In this document: in pieces, positions 49,550-63,223 of the stretch | How the letters are laid out: each line of letters begins with the position of its first letter | How positions within the stretch are numbered: the stretch's first letter is position 1 | Source of the DNA: Octopus vulgaris | Taxonomy: Eukaryota | DNA: 64,000 bases | Direction of reading: 5' to 3' | Assembly (NCBI GenBank): GCA_951406725.2 | Contig: OX597814.1 | Span: 992,001-1,056,000 of the forward strand | Program-made: the position numbers and the translations under genes | Notes under the pieces: generated by a model | The model's database searches: none | What the model was told of the DNA's origin: nothing | Seen by the model: the letters and a program-made list of their open reading frames with translations, nothing else

Positions 49550-50170
49550 GACTGGCACCTGTCCTGGTAGAATGTAAAAAGTACCATTCGAGTGTGACCA
49601 ATGCCAGTACCACCTGTGCTGGTGGCACGTAAAAAGTACCATTCAAGCATGGTTGATGCTAGTGCCGCCTGACTGGTAACTGTGCCAGTAGCATGTAAAA
49701 AGCACCATTTGAGCATGGCCGATGCCAATACTGCCTGACGCGCACCTGTGCCGGTGGTGTGTAAAAAGCACCATTCAAGCATAGCTGAGGCCAGTGCCAC
49801 CTGACTGGCACCTGTACTGGTGGCACACGAAATATACGGCTCGAGCATGGCCCATGCCAGTGCTGCCCCTGATTGGCACCCATGTTGGTGGCACATAAAA
49901 AGCACCGTTTGAGCGTGGCTGATGCCAGTGCTGCCTGACTAGTACCTGTGTCATTGGCATGTAAAAAACACCGTCCAAGCATGGCTGATACCAGTGCCAC
50001 CTGGCTGGCACCCGTGCCACTGGCATGTAAAAGCACCCGCTGCACTCTCAGAGTGGTTGGCGTTAGGAAGGGCATCAAGCTGTAGAAGTCTTTCCAAATC
50101 AGATTAGAGCCTGGTGCAGCCTCCTGGCTTGCCAGTTCTCAGTCAAACTGTCTGGAAAACAGACATTGAA
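49550..50170 (+). mobile_element. RTE 3' UTR copy with about eight ~60 bp tandem repeats
   Basis: Repeated GGTGGCA(C/T)GTAAAAAGCACCATTCGAGCATGGCCGATGCCAGTGCCGCCTGACTGGCACCTGTG followed by the common 3' end. Confidence 0.85.
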
Positions 50171-51257
50171 TGACGGTAATGATAATACGACGATATTCCT
50201 GGATTAGATAGGATTGTTTAGTCTTAAGTCAATCTTGATTGAGCTGAACTATGATGAGAAATATTCCAGCTGTGACCATTATGCCTGTTTAGAAGGTATC
50301 TAGGTCTACATTATCCCATGTTACCTCCTCTTTATACAGATTATGGGGAAAGGGAATTGTGCTTCGGCTGCTATTTTTAGCAAGTTGAGTAACAAAGTTA
50401 CTAAAAACTTGGTTTGTCCATGATGTCTTGTCATTCATTGATGAGAGATACAAAACTCTGCAGCAGTAATGACCCAGCTGCACATCTGTGGTCACTCAAC
50501 CATGCAGCTGTAGTGACACAGAATCTAAAGAACTGCTCTATCACCAATACCATGACCTCCACCACTGTCACCACCACCATGGATAATGTTTCTCATTTAA
50601 GCACAAGGCTACTAGTTCTAGGAAGGACAGTAGTTGGTACTGTCTGTTTTAGTATTTGACTGGTACTTTATTTTATGGACTTTGAAAGGATGGAAGGTAG
50701 AGCTAACTTTAGCAGGATTTGAACTCAGAATGTAAAGAGCCAACACAAATATCATAAAACAATGATGATAATAGTTCTTTCAAATGTTGGCACAAAATCA
50801 GCCATTTTTCAGGGGAGGGGCAAGTAATTGCATTTGACCCCAAAACTTGGCTGGTATCTTATTTCGTCAGTCTCTGAAATGATGGAATGCAAAGTTGACC
50901 TTGGTGGAATTAGAACCCAGAGTGCAAAGAGCTGGAAGAAATGTTACAATGCATTTTGCATGATGCTCTAGTGATTCTGTCAGATCACCATGTTGTTGTT
51001 GTTGATAATGATCTCAGGTTTTCCCACAAGGGCAAATGATGAAGGGGACATTAAAAACGGGCTACAGAGAATGTGAGGTGTTTATATAGAAATGAAATGG
51101 AGAAAAACGAAAGAGAAAATGAAATTTTACACAGAAAACAGAATTTTTAAACTGTCTCAGGTCTGAGGGTAGCTTCCCCTGTTTTTTCCCCACAAGTCAA
51201 AGACCTCCTGATAAAGGTCATGTGTTCTCCCCTTGTCTGATTAAGTCATCAAATATA

Positions 51258-51490
51258 TATTTCTTTATTGCCCACAAGGGGGCTAAACACAGAGGGGACA
51301 AACAATGACAGACAAAGGGATTAAGTCGATTACATCGATCCCAGTGCGTAACTGGTACTTAATTTATCGACCCCGAAAGGATGAAAGGTAAAGTCGACCT
51401 CGGCAGAATTTGAACTCACAACGTAACGACAGACAAAATATGGCTACACATTTCGCCTGGTGTGCTGACGATTCTGCCAGCTCGCCGCCA
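51258..51490 (-). mobile_element. SINE family B
   Basis: Homology to other copies and TSD AAGTCATCAAATATA. Confidence 0.9.
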
Positions 51491-52644
51491 AAGTCATCAA
51501 ATATAATTAAAAATTAACCCTAATTAATGTCTTCCTCTACTAAGGTCTTCAAGTTTTATTCTGCTGTGTTTAGAAAGTTATATTTATCTGCATTCCACTG
51601 TGAAAGCAATTAGACTAAGATTAAGAAAAAACATTTTAAGAAAAACCTGGTTAAATCAGTGTTGTGTTTGGATGAGATCAATATATGTAAAGAAATTTTA
51701 AGATGGCAAACTTGCAGAACCATTAGTATGGTGGGAAAAATGCTTTGTGGCATTTTGTCAGTCTTTATGTTCTGACCAAAGCCTTGTGAGTGGATCTGGT
51801 AGATGGAAACTGAAAGAAGCCTGTCGTGTATATATATTGCTTAACAACTTATGTTGGTGTATTTATGTCCCCGTAACTTAGTGGTTCGGCAAAAGAGATT
51901 GGTAGAATAAGTACTAGGCTTACAAAGAATAAGTCCTGGGGTTGATTTGTTCGACTAAAAGCGGTGCTCCAGCATGGTCACAGTCAAATGACTGAAACAA
52001 GTAAAAGAGTTGGTACACTGTATATTTATGGTAGTTTTGACTTTAAGAGTCCCTCATAGTGTGAGGCATTTACATGTAGTAATGCCCTTAATATAATAAA
52101 TATATGTATATATTTGTCCCCTATCAAATACCAACATGTGTTGGTATATTTATGTCCCAATAACTTAGTGGTTTGACAAAAACGACTGACAGAATAAGTA
52201 TCAGACTTTAAAAAAATATGTACTGGGGTTGACACATTCAATTAAAAATTCTTGAAGGCAGAGCCCCAGCATGGCCACAGTCTAATGGCTGAAACAAATA
52301 AAAGATAACAGACGTGTGTGTGTGTGTGGTGTTGGTGGGTGTTGGGGTATTGTTGAATAGTTAAGAAGTTTTCTTTACAACCGAGAGATCTTGGGTTCAA
52401 GTGAACTGCTTGGCACTTTAAGCATATCTGTTAAAATAGCCTTAGACCCATCCTATGTGTGTGGGTAGCCAGGCATGTAGACAGACCTTACCTGGAAGTC
52501 TGTCAAATGGCCTGTACCTCTAATTTAAAAGACCAGTCATGTTGCACATGATGTCACACCGAATCTAATTCGTGACTATATTAGAGATACTAGTGTCTCT
52601 GGAGTACTCAATACTCTACTAATTAATGCAAGTTGGTTGTTCCA

Positions 52645-53035
52645 ATTACTCTTTACTCTTTTACTTGTTTCAGTCATTTGACTGTGGCCATGCTGGAGCA
52701 CCGCCTTTAGTCGAGCAAATCGATCCCAGGACTTATTCTTTGTAAGCCTAGTACTTATTCTATTGGTCTCTTTTGCCGAACCGCTAAGTTACGGAGACGT
52801 AAGCACACCAGCATCGGTTGTGAGGTGATGTTGGGGTGATAAACACAGACACACAAACAAATACACACACACACATATATATATATACATATATACGATG
52901 GGCTTCTTTCAGTTTCCGTCTACTAAATCCACTCACAAGGCTTTGGTTGGCCCGAGGCTATAGTAGAAGACACTTGCCCAAGGTGCCATGTGGTTGGTAA
53001 GCAAGCTACTTACCACACAGCCACTCCTATGCCTA
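52645..53035 (-). mobile_element. SINE family A
   Basis: Homologous to 384-818. Confidence 0.85.
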
Positions 53036-54740
53036 TTGTAATTATTCAATAATTACAATTATCATTAAAAAAATAATGCAATGATTAGGTTGTTAGAGAG
53101 GTGTCAAGTCTGCATCTTTCTAACTCAGAAGATCTTTCCTCCTCATTGTATCCTACTTCTGTTGTAACTAGGGATTTCATTGGATCCATTTGATTCCCTC
53201 ATCTCTCCAACAATCAATCCCTTAGTCTTTTTCATCCTTCCAACCCTGGCTCTCTCTCCCTAACTCATCACAATCTCTTTAGAGCTGGGGGCCTGGATGA
53301 AACCCTCTCCATACACTCAGTAATAGCGCTTCATGTTAAAGAAGAGCATCCAACCAGAGAAACATCCACCCAAGATGAGATGCACAAGTGAGACGTACTC
53401 CTCTAACCCATGAAGGTGGGCAGTAACTCCTTGCCGAGATGACAACCTGTCGAACCCATGCCAGGATGGAAAGCGAATGTAAAACAATGATGATGATGAT
53501 GAGGTGTGTGAGTAATGAGCTACCTCTTCCCCCTATCATTGTTGATCTTTTGCCAAAATTTGAAAGAACGGCAATGAGCTGGCGTAATGGTTATTATGTT
53601 GTTATTATGGGCTGAGTGGTATTTCTTCCATTTCTTCACATTCTGAGTTTAAATTCCACAAAGGCACGGGCATGGTTGCGTGGTAAGGAGCTTGCTTATC
53701 AACCACATGGTTCCTAGTTCAATGCCACTGCGTGGCACCTTGGACGAGTGTCTTCTACTATAGCCTCGGACTAGCCTTGTGAGTGGATTTGGTAGACAGA
53801 AACTGAAAGAAGCCTATTGTGTGTGTGTGTGAGCGCCATACTAATACAATTGTTTGTTTGTACTCCACCTGCCTTCGTCTTTTGTTTATTTTCATAAAGC
53901 TTCCCGTTATATATATGTATGTATATAGATCAAGATTGAAGCCTGGTGCAGCCATCTGGTTCGCCAGCCCTCAGTCATTCGTCCAACCCATGCTAGCATG
54001 GAAAGTGGATATTAAACGATGATGATGATGATGATATATATATATATATGTGTGTGTTTGTGTATCTGTGTTTGCCCCCCCCCACCATTGCTTGACAACC
54101 GATGCTGGTGTGTTTACGTCCCTGTAACTTAGCAGATTGGCAAAAGAGTCCGATAGAATAAGTACTAGGCTTACAAAGAATAAGTCCTGGTGTTGATTTG
54201 TTCGACCAAAAGTGGTGTTCCAGCATGGCCACAGTCAAATGGCTGAAACAAGGAAAAGAAGAAAGGTCAACTCTGCCTTTCATCCTTTTGAGGTTGATAA
54301 ATTAAGTACCAGTTGCATACTGAGGTCAATGTGATCGTCTATTCCCATCCCCACAAAATCCAGGCCTTGTACCTATAATAGAAAGGATTATTATTATTAT
54401 TATTATTTAATTGTTGTTTTGTTTTATAAGAGTTGTCCCAAGTCTCACTCAGGGACTTAAAGAAAAAGCAAGCTTAACGTTTTACTGTGGGTGTTTTTTA
54501 TGAGTAACGATGATGTATTCCTGGGAAAGGAGACGGAATGTAAAGAATTATCTGTTAAAAGGTTGTTGTAATATTTGGAATTTTGAAAAATTTGAAAAAA
54601 CCCAAATTCTTAGAATTTGGGCTGCACCCATGTGAACATTTTTTGTAATTTTCATACTTTGGGAGTTTCCTGGTATTTGATCATAATATTTAAGAACACC
54701 ATTTTCTATTATCCCCATATCATCATCATTATCATCATCA

Positions 54741-54785
<45 letters not shown>

Positions 54786-54790
<5 letters not shown>

Positions 54791-55153
54791 TCCGCCTTAG
54801 CAAAGGCAGAGGTATTGTTTTCAGTTGTGTTTGTTTGTTTGTTTGTCTGTGGTATCTCAAGATATCTCAAGAACTAGTTGATGGATTCAGATGAAACTTC
54901 TAGGGATGTTTGGCCTTATGACTGGCACAAACTGATTAGATTTGGGGATTGATCTGGTACTGGACAAGGATTCTGGATTATTTTTCTGGGTTTTTTACTT
55001 AATTTTTGAGAGCAGTCAGGTTCATTTTTAGTATTCTCTTTTGCAAGAGCAGTCGAGTTTATTTCAGATATTCTCATTTTAAAATTCATCTCCAGTGAAT
55101 CGTTGAGAGGACATTGGTGTTGCCTTGGCAGAAGTTTGCGCTCTCTGAGTGCT
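54786..55153 (+). mobile_element. Helentron/HINE-like non-autonomous element
   Basis: TTACCTCCGCC..GGCAGAGGTA 5' hairpin, (GTTT)n, subterminal TTGGCAGAAG and 3' hairpin GCGCTCTCTGAGTGC. Confidence 0.55.
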
Positions 55154-55199
55154 CTTATTATTTTTATAAACATACAACAGATTAGACTGTTGGAAAAGA

Positions 55200-55577
55200 A
55201 AAATTCCTAACATTGGGTAACCTTAGATGCCAAAAACCCTCTTAAGTATCCTGGCTGTCCCTAATAACACCGTTTGCTGGAGCTGTACTAAACTAGTTTC
55301 ATGCCTATTTCCTCTATCTGTCTACTCAAATAAAAATTAAAATGAGGGTGAAAAAGAGTGAAAAATTAGTGGTTAGGACCATAGTGGATCTTCTTCTAGC
55401 ATAAGGGTTTCCACATAGTGGTAAAATTCCTTCTTATATTTATATCTGCTCAAATATTTAGGGACTGTTCCTAACGCACCTATAACTACAGGGATCCTTT
55501 TTACCTACCCTTTCCATAATCTCTGTAATTCAATGGCTAGGTTCTGATACTTTACAATTTTTTTCTATACCTCTCAT
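55200..55577 (-). mobile_element. Degraded R4/Dong-like non-LTR 3' fragment (restriction-like endonuclease end)
   Basis: KYQNLAIELQRLW..IPVVIGALGTVPK..QLQQTVLLGTARILKRV, with frameshifts and a stop. Confidence 0.75.
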
Positions 55578-55581
55578 ATTG

Positions 55582-55629
<48 letters not shown>

Positions 55630-55686
55630 GGTTATTATTATTATTATTATTATTATTGGTTATTATTATTATTATTATTATTATTG

Positions 55687-55719
<33 letters not shown>

Positions 55720-55720
55720 G

Positions 55721-55756
<36 letters not shown>

Positions 55757-55790
55757 GGTTATTATTATTATTATTATTGGTTATTATATA
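55578..55790. repeat. (TTA)n array with periodic TTGG interruptions
   Basis: Direct inspection. Confidence 0.95.
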
Positions 55791-55899
55791 TAATGGAACT
55801 TGAGCTCTCGCATACCAATATGCTGTGCTGTCAGTGTTGGGTCAAATGTGATCAGAAAGCTTTGTGTCATCTCTTCAAGAGTGGAAGAATTGTTAGTGG

Positions 55900-56460
55900 C
55901 AACGATGGTGATGATGATGATGATTACAGTGATGTTAAAGATGATGACAATGGGGAAGGATGGTGATGATGAGGAAGAGAGAGAGAGAGAGATGATGATT
56001 AATAGTTGTGGTGATGATGGTGATGATGGTGATGATGAATATGGCAGTGGTAATGGTGTTAGTGATGATGATGATGATGACCATGATGTTAGTCACGATG
56101 ATAATGACATTAGTCATGATAGTGATGATGATGATGATAGTGATGATGATGATAGTGATGATGATGATGATAGTGATGATGATGATGATGATAGTGATGG
56201 TGATGATAGTGATGATGATGATGATGATAGTGATGATGATGATAATGATTATGATGATGATAGTGATTATGATGATGATGATGATAATAGTGACGATGAT
56301 GGCAGAAGGATAGTGATGAACACAGAGAGAAATAATACTGATGGTTATAGTGATGGTGATGATGATGGTGATGACGATGACTGTGGTGATGATGATGGTG
56401 ATGATGATGATGGTGGGAGGTGATGATGATGATGATGATGATGATGGCAAGTGATGATAA
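55900..56460. repeat. (GAT)n-rich low-complexity tract
   Basis: Direct inspection. Confidence 0.9.
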
Positions 56461-57013
56461 TAAGTGTTGTATTAATCTATTTTTAGTTGTTAAACTGCAA
56501 CCATGTGATTTTGATGAAAAACGGTAAATGTTTCCAAGGTGTTATTAGCGGAATGGTTTCAGCGTGTGTTGAAAGAATTCTCTTCCGACTGTCCGACTGT
56601 TTTGCATCAACACAAGCTAAATATTTCACTGCATACCTTGTTAACACGGAACACAGCTGACACCAATTTATTTCGCTGCCGTATTCCACATAATTCATAA
56701 GTTTTATGTAGAAGCATGTGTGCACAGGGCAGGGTGGAGCGAAAGAGATGCCGGTGGGGAATGGAACGCCAGGAATTCCTCTTATGAATTCCAGTTCTGG
56801 TCCTACACAAGCTTAAAACTATTCAAAGTGAGCCAGCAAGAAGAGGTGGGGAGGCAGTTGTCTCTATATAGTCACTTCATCTCGTAGAAATAGCAGTTAA
56901 ATATCCCCAAAATATGCCTGTTAGGGCATCAAGCAAAATGCCTTGCAGAATTTATTTCAAATCCTGTCAGAACCAGTTCGAATCCTGTCTAGATTGACTT
57001 TATCTTTCATTCT

Positions 57014-57316
57014 TATTTCATTATTGCCCACAAGGGGCTAAACATAGAGGGGACAAACAAGGACAGACAAAGGGATTAAGTCGATTACATCGACCCCAGT
57101 GCGTAACTGGTACTTAATTTATCGACCCTGAAAGGACGAAAGGCGACCTCGGTGGAATTTGAACTCAGAACGTAAAGACAGATGAAATACCTATTTCTTT
57201 ACTACCCACAATGGGCTAAACACATAGGGGACAAACAAGGATCAGAACGTAACGGCAGACAAAATGTTGCTAAGCACTTTGCCCTGCGTGCTAACATTTC
57301 TGCCAGCTTGCCGCCC
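57014..57316 (-). mobile_element. SINE family B with a second truncated copy at its internal GAAATACC site
   Basis: Junction GAAATACC-TATTTC at ~57184-57197, identical to the junction at ~8958-8970. Confidence 0.8.
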
Positions 57317-57402
57317 TTTATTTTTCATTCTTTTAGTCCGGTGTTGGCGGTTGATATAATTGGCTAACCTCTGTCTTCTCAAAATTGCCGGCTCCCATGC
57401 TT

Positions 57403-57438
<36 letters not shown>

Positions 57439-57913
57439 CAAGCAGTGAGCTGGTAGAATTGGATTTTTTTCTGGTCCTACAAACATTGTAGCTTTCAATC
57501 CTTCAGCATTCAATCTGGCCATATCCAACCCAAATACTTTCCATGTTTTATGCTCAAACCAACCAGATCTGGCTTCTCACACCTACCCTGCAATGTCATT
57601 CTAAAAATAAACAGCCTCATCATCAAAATCTCGAAGTTACCATTAAATGCAAAGTGAATTTAAACCAATGTGAGTGAATAAACATTGCATTTGACAGAAA
57701 AATCTGAACACTAAAGGGTTAAAAGTTTTCCCAGACTGGGGACTTTGACACTATTTACCCATTGCCTGCCATGGGCCCCATCTGGGGACCTGCTAAAATG
57801 TCTCACTGCTGTTTGTTTGTTGTATTTAAAGTGAATTGCTTATGTACATTGCACTTGCAGAGGTGTGATTAATAATATTTACTAATTAAAGTTTGTCATT
57901 ATCAGCTCTGGTT

Positions 57914-58132
57914 AAGGTGGCGAGCTGGCAGAATCGTTAGCACGCTGGTCGAAATGCTTCCGGTATTTTGTCTGTCTTTAGGTTCTGATTTCAAATCCCG
58001 CCGAGGTTGACTTTGCCTTTCATCCCTTTCGGGGTCGATAAACTAAGTACCAGGGAAACACTGGGGTCGATGTAATCGACTAGTCCCCTCTTCCAAATTT
58101 CAGGCCTTGTGCCTGTAGTAGAAAGGATTATT
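57914..58132 (+). mobile_element. SINE family B variant (GAAAGGATTATT tail)
   Basis: Head AAGGTGGCGAGCTGGCAGAATCG and Nin-like core; another copy at 58712-58930. Confidence 0.85.
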
Positions 58133-59514
58133 AGCCCTGGCTAATCTTAGAAGACATTTTATGTCATAAATCGCAATTTTTGAACTAGAAAAATATTGAC
58201 GGTTTTGAAAACTTTTTTTTCTTTTTGCATTTCCCGTTTATATCATTCATTGATATTTCATACACATTCACATTTGATATTATAGTTTTAAAAAAACCCT
58301 AAAATGTTTATTATTGAAATTGAATAGAAAAGGATGAATATGCTTTTTTTTTTCCAGTGATCCCCATTTGGGACTTTTCGAAAAATTTATCATAATTTCC
58401 AAAATAATTCACATATGAAGAAAATTTAAATACTGTACATTAAACTCCTAAGACACCTGGCAAAGCCAAAAAATATGAATTAAAAAATTTGTCTGTTAAT
58501 GGGTCAAAGTTGTTCTTCAGCAATTGCATGAGGGCCATTCAGGTGGTACTGGCAACGGACACGCTCAAATGGTGTTTTTTATGTGCCACTTGCACAGGAG
58601 CCAGTCCAGCGGCACCAGCTATGACCCCGCTTGAATGTTTTTCATATGCCACTGGCACAAGTGCCAGTAATAAAATGCCTATGAAATGCTTATGTAATAT
58701 TGTATTATTTGTAAGGCGGTGAGCTGGCAGAATCGTTGTCCCGTCAGGTGAAATGCTTAGTGGCATTTCATCTGTCTTTACGTTCTGAGTTCAAATTCCA
58801 CCAAGGTCGACTTTGCCTTTCATCCTTTCGGGGTCAATAAATTAAGTACCAGTTGTGTACTGGGGTTGATCTAATTGACTGGCTCCCTCCCCCAAAATTT
58901 CAGGCCTTGTGCCTAGAATAGGAAATACTATTGTGTTATTTGTTTACAAAATAAATATAAGATAAAAAAAATTGTCAACTTTAATGATATTCATTATATA
59001 TATTCATAAGGGACATCATGGGACAAAGGGGGATCATGAATTATCCCCCTTTGCAGGATAGAGGACGCCGTGATGGTGTCAGCTTTTCTGGTGACGTTGA
59101 TGTTCGCCTGGGGCTAAATGCAACAGTAACACCCCCACCACCCTGCCCTGTCCCTAGCCATATTCAGATGGCTAATGTCCCTTATGATACGGAGCAGTTA
59201 CTGTCTATATCTCATTTAGAGAATTATTATTGCATTATATATATTGCTTTCGGTATAAATTAATATTATTAAGAAATATTACCGGTCCCTGACACATTAG
59301 GAAAAAAAAAACTGCCAGTATGCCACTTCAGACTGTTTGGTAAGCACTGCCCCACCATACAGCAGCCATCATGTACAGGTGAGGAACTGCCACAGACTGT
59401 ACGGTATTCACCATTACGGGGGGTCATCATGTACAACACCTTATCTTAAGGACTTGGTTAAATGTTAGCTGTGTGTGTGTGTGTGTGCTGAAAACTGTGA
59501 TCATCACTTATAGT

Positions 59515-60720
59515 GGGATGTGTGTATTACAGATGCTGTGTGTGTGTGTGTTTGTATTACAGATGCTTTGTGTGTGTGTGTGTTACAGATACTTTGTGTG
59601 TGTGTTTGTATTACAGATGCTCTGTGTGTGTGTGTGTTACAGATACTTTGTGTGTGTGTGTGTATTACAGATGCTTTGTGTGTGTGTGTGTTTGTATTAC
59701 AGATGCTGTGTGTGTGTATTACAGATGCTGTGTGTGTGTGTATTACAGATGCTTTGTGTGTGTGTGTGTTACAGATGCTTTGTGTTTGTGTGTGTTACAG
59801 ATGCTTTGTGTGTATTACAGATGCTTTGTGTGTGTGTGTGTGTGTGTGTTACAGATGCTTTGTGTGTGTGTGTGTTACAGATACTTTGTGTGTGTTACAG
59901 ATGCTTTGTGTGTGTGTTTGTATTACAGATGCTTTGTGTGTGTGTGTGTTACAGATGCTTTGTGTGTGTGTTTGTATTACAGATGCTTTGTGTGTGTGTG
60001 TGTTACAGATACTTTGTGTGTGTGTTTGTATTACAGATGCTGTGTGTGTGTGTGTGTATTACAGATGCTGTGTGTGTGTGTGTGTATTACAGATGCTTTG
60101 TGTGTGTGTGTGTTTGTATTACAGATGCTTTGTGTGTGTGTGTGTTACAGATACTTTGTGTGTGTGATTGTATTACAGATGCTGTGTGTGTGTGTGTATT
60201 ACAGATGCTTTGTGTGTGTGTGTGTTACAGATGCTTTGTGTGTGTGTTTGTATTACAGATGCTTTGTGTGTGTGTGTGTTACAGATACTTTGTGTGTGTG
60301 TTTGTATTACAGATGCTTTGTGTGTGTGTGTTACAGATACTTTGTGTGTGTGATTGTATTACAGATGCTGTGTGTGTGTGTGTTTGTATTACAGATGCTG
60401 TGTGTGTGTGTGTGTATTACAGATGCTGTGTGTGTGTGTGTGTATTACAGATGCTTTGTGTGTGTGTGTGTGTATTACAGATGCTTTGTGTGTGTGTGTG
60501 TGTGTATTACAGATGCTTTGTGTGTGTGTGTGTTTGTATTACAGATGCTTTGTGTGTGTGTGTGTTACAGATACTTTGTGTGTGTGATTGTATTACAGAT
60601 GCTTTGTGTGTGTGTGTGTTTGTATTACAGATGCTTTGTGTTTGTGTGTGTTACAGATGCTTTGTGTGTGTGATTGTATTACAGATGCTGTGTGTGTGTG
60701 TGTGTATTACAGATGCTGGG
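59515..60720 (+). repeat. Minisatellite of TTACAGAT(G/A)C(TT) separated by variable (TG)n
   Basis: About 44 motif copies counted by eye over 1.2 kb. Confidence 0.95.
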
Positions 60721-60754
60721 TGTGTGTTCCGCATGGCAATTATACATGTGATTT

Positions 60755-60792
<38 letters not shown>

Positions 60793-60851
60793 CTTGTGTT
60801 ATATAAAACACATTACACACACACACTCATACAGATGGTAAGTGAATGTGC

Positions 60852-60891
<40 letters not shown>

Positions 60892-61779
60892 GTTTTATAT
60901 TTGCTTGATCAATTATCGTGTGTGCGTGTGCGTACTTATGTGCATGCATGTATGTGTGTGACTGCATGTGTGTATGTGAATGTGTGCGTGTCAACCCATT
61001 GCTGTTGATGGGAAATTTACCATTCCTTTTCTGGACAGTCCCTAATCATCTTTCTCTCCCTCTCTCCCACCCTGTTTCTCTCTCTCTCTCCATTGTATCT
61101 TCTTCTGCCCCCTCCTCTTTTCTCTCCCATTCACTCTCTCCCTCTTCACCCCTCTCACTCTCTCCCCCCCACTTGCTGATTCTCTTCACCCCCATCTCCC
61201 CATCCATTCAACCATCAATCACTCCAACTTTCTTTTCTTTCTGCTTTCTCTCTCTCTCTCTTTTTCCCCTGCCCCCACTCATTCCACTTCCCTTCACCCT
61301 CCCCCCCTGCATCATCCCCTTCACCCCTCCAAAACAGCTGACTGAAGTTGCAACTAATCTTGAGGAATCTATTTTCAGCCTCTGGTTAAATCTTTGAACC
61401 AAACATTGTCATTCTTCAACTCTCCTCATTCCGTGGTTCCGTGGCTGCGACGGCAGAAACTTTCTCCTTTCCCATCTTCCCTTTCTCTCTCTCTCTCTCT
61501 CTTTTTTTTTTTTTTGTTGTTGGCTTATAGTTTGGCAACCGGAGTCTTTGACTAATGAATCTATATTGTAATGTCTCCAATGTTGGTCTTACTGCCAACA
61601 ACAATAACACTTTGATAGGTCAGTGCTTGGTACCATTATCATGATGATGATGATGATGATGTAAGTGCAGTTAATTGCTGTTCACGAGTGTTGGTCCTGG
61701 TAACGATGACGACGATGAAATAGATTGGTAGAGATGAGGATAATGATAACAGAAGCTATAAAGTTAATTGGCATTTGGC

Positions 61780-62340
61780 TGAAGCTGGTGGCACATAACT
61801 GGCACTCATGCTGGTGGCACATAAAGAGCACCTTTCGAGTGTTGGGCCTCATGGAGGCACAGTGGTTGATGTTGGTGGCACATGAAAATCTTTCGAGTGT
61901 TGTGCCTCACGGTGGAAAAGTGACTGATGCCGTTGGCACATGAAAAGCTCCTTTTGATTGTTGTGCCTCAAGGAGGCAAAGTGGCTGATGCCAGTGGCAC
62001 ATGAAAAGCTCCTTTTGAGTGTTGTGCCTCAGGGAAGCAATGAGCGAGATCTTTGGCATTATGTCATGCTTGAGAAGAAGACGCAGTAAGTCAAGTGAAA
62101 TTGCAGCCATGATAGATACTGGCGTCATGCAAATGGCACAGGTGCCAGTGGCACATAAAAGCACCCACTACACTCTTGGAGTGGTTGGCATTAGGAAGGG
62201 CATCCAGCTGTAGAAGCTTTGCCAGATCAGATTGGAGTCTGGTCCAGCCTTCCAACTCACCAGTCCTGGTCAAATTTTCCAACCCATGCCAGCATGGACA
62301 ACAGACGTCAAATGATGATGAAGATGATGATGATGATGTG
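61780..62340 (+). mobile_element. RTE 3' UTR variant with a different internal tandem repeat
   Basis: Repeats of GGTGGCACATGAAAAGCTCCTTTTGAGTGTTGTGCCTCA..GAGGCA followed by the common 3' end and GAT tail. Confidence 0.8.
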
Positions 62341-63223
62341 GTTGGTGGTAATGATGATCAATGATAGAAGTGTAACAGTTAAATGGTATTGATGAGGAAA
62401 TTAGTGGTGATGCTGATGAGGATGGAGTGGTATTTATGATGGTGATGGTGATGGTGATGGTGATATAGGCAATACCATTAGTTGATGGTGATGATGGTAA
62501 TGATGGTGGCACAAACAGTACTGTTGGTGCTGACGGGGATGGTGATGATGATAAATACAGTGGTAGATTGGCTTTGAGAACGATGATGATGATGATGATG
62601 ATGATAATGATGATAACGGTTGTGATGATGACAGCGATTGCAGCAGTGATGATGACAATGATAAAAGTAGCATTGAATTGGTCCCAAGAGAGCAATGCAT
62701 TCAACGCAGAACCATTTTCTAAATGGAATGTAAATTTTTATTCTTCCAAACCTGCCTCCAAGACTCCATCCTGATGGCCAAGTTCTTTCACCCCAGAAGT
62801 TTTGAATCTCAAGAGAATTTTGGACGTGAGCCATTCTACCATTTCCAACTTGTAATTTTGAACTTCTGCTGCGGGTAACAACAGCAACAATAACACAGTC
62901 ATAGTGGCTGTGGTGATGGTGGTGATGATGATGATGATGATGATGATAGCAAATTCATGATGATGATGATGATAACTGCTTCAGTAAATTAATGGCGACA
63001 ATAGCGATGGTAATACACTTCTATATTTAAGAGATGAGGAATTATGTACATTATTTACATTATTTACATTTGACGGATATTTGTCCTCGTCTTGTTTGTT
63101 GTCAACACAACATTTTGGCTGATATACCCTCCCACCTTCATCAGGTGTCCTGGGGAAATTTCGAACCTGGGTTCTCATTCCTAAGGTATTTTTCAATGTT
63201 GTTATTATTATTATCATTATTGT

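Noticed and set aside
54508-54555. GGAATGTAAAGAATTATC resembling mature miR-1
   Set aside because: The first base and 3' half mismatch, and the 5' arm needs a large asymmetric bulge, so it is not a credible pre-miRNA
55800-56450. Asp-rich 207 aa ORF resembling an acidic biomineral protein
   Set aside because: A (GAT)n tract open in several frames, with no signal peptide or splice support; similar tracts are common here
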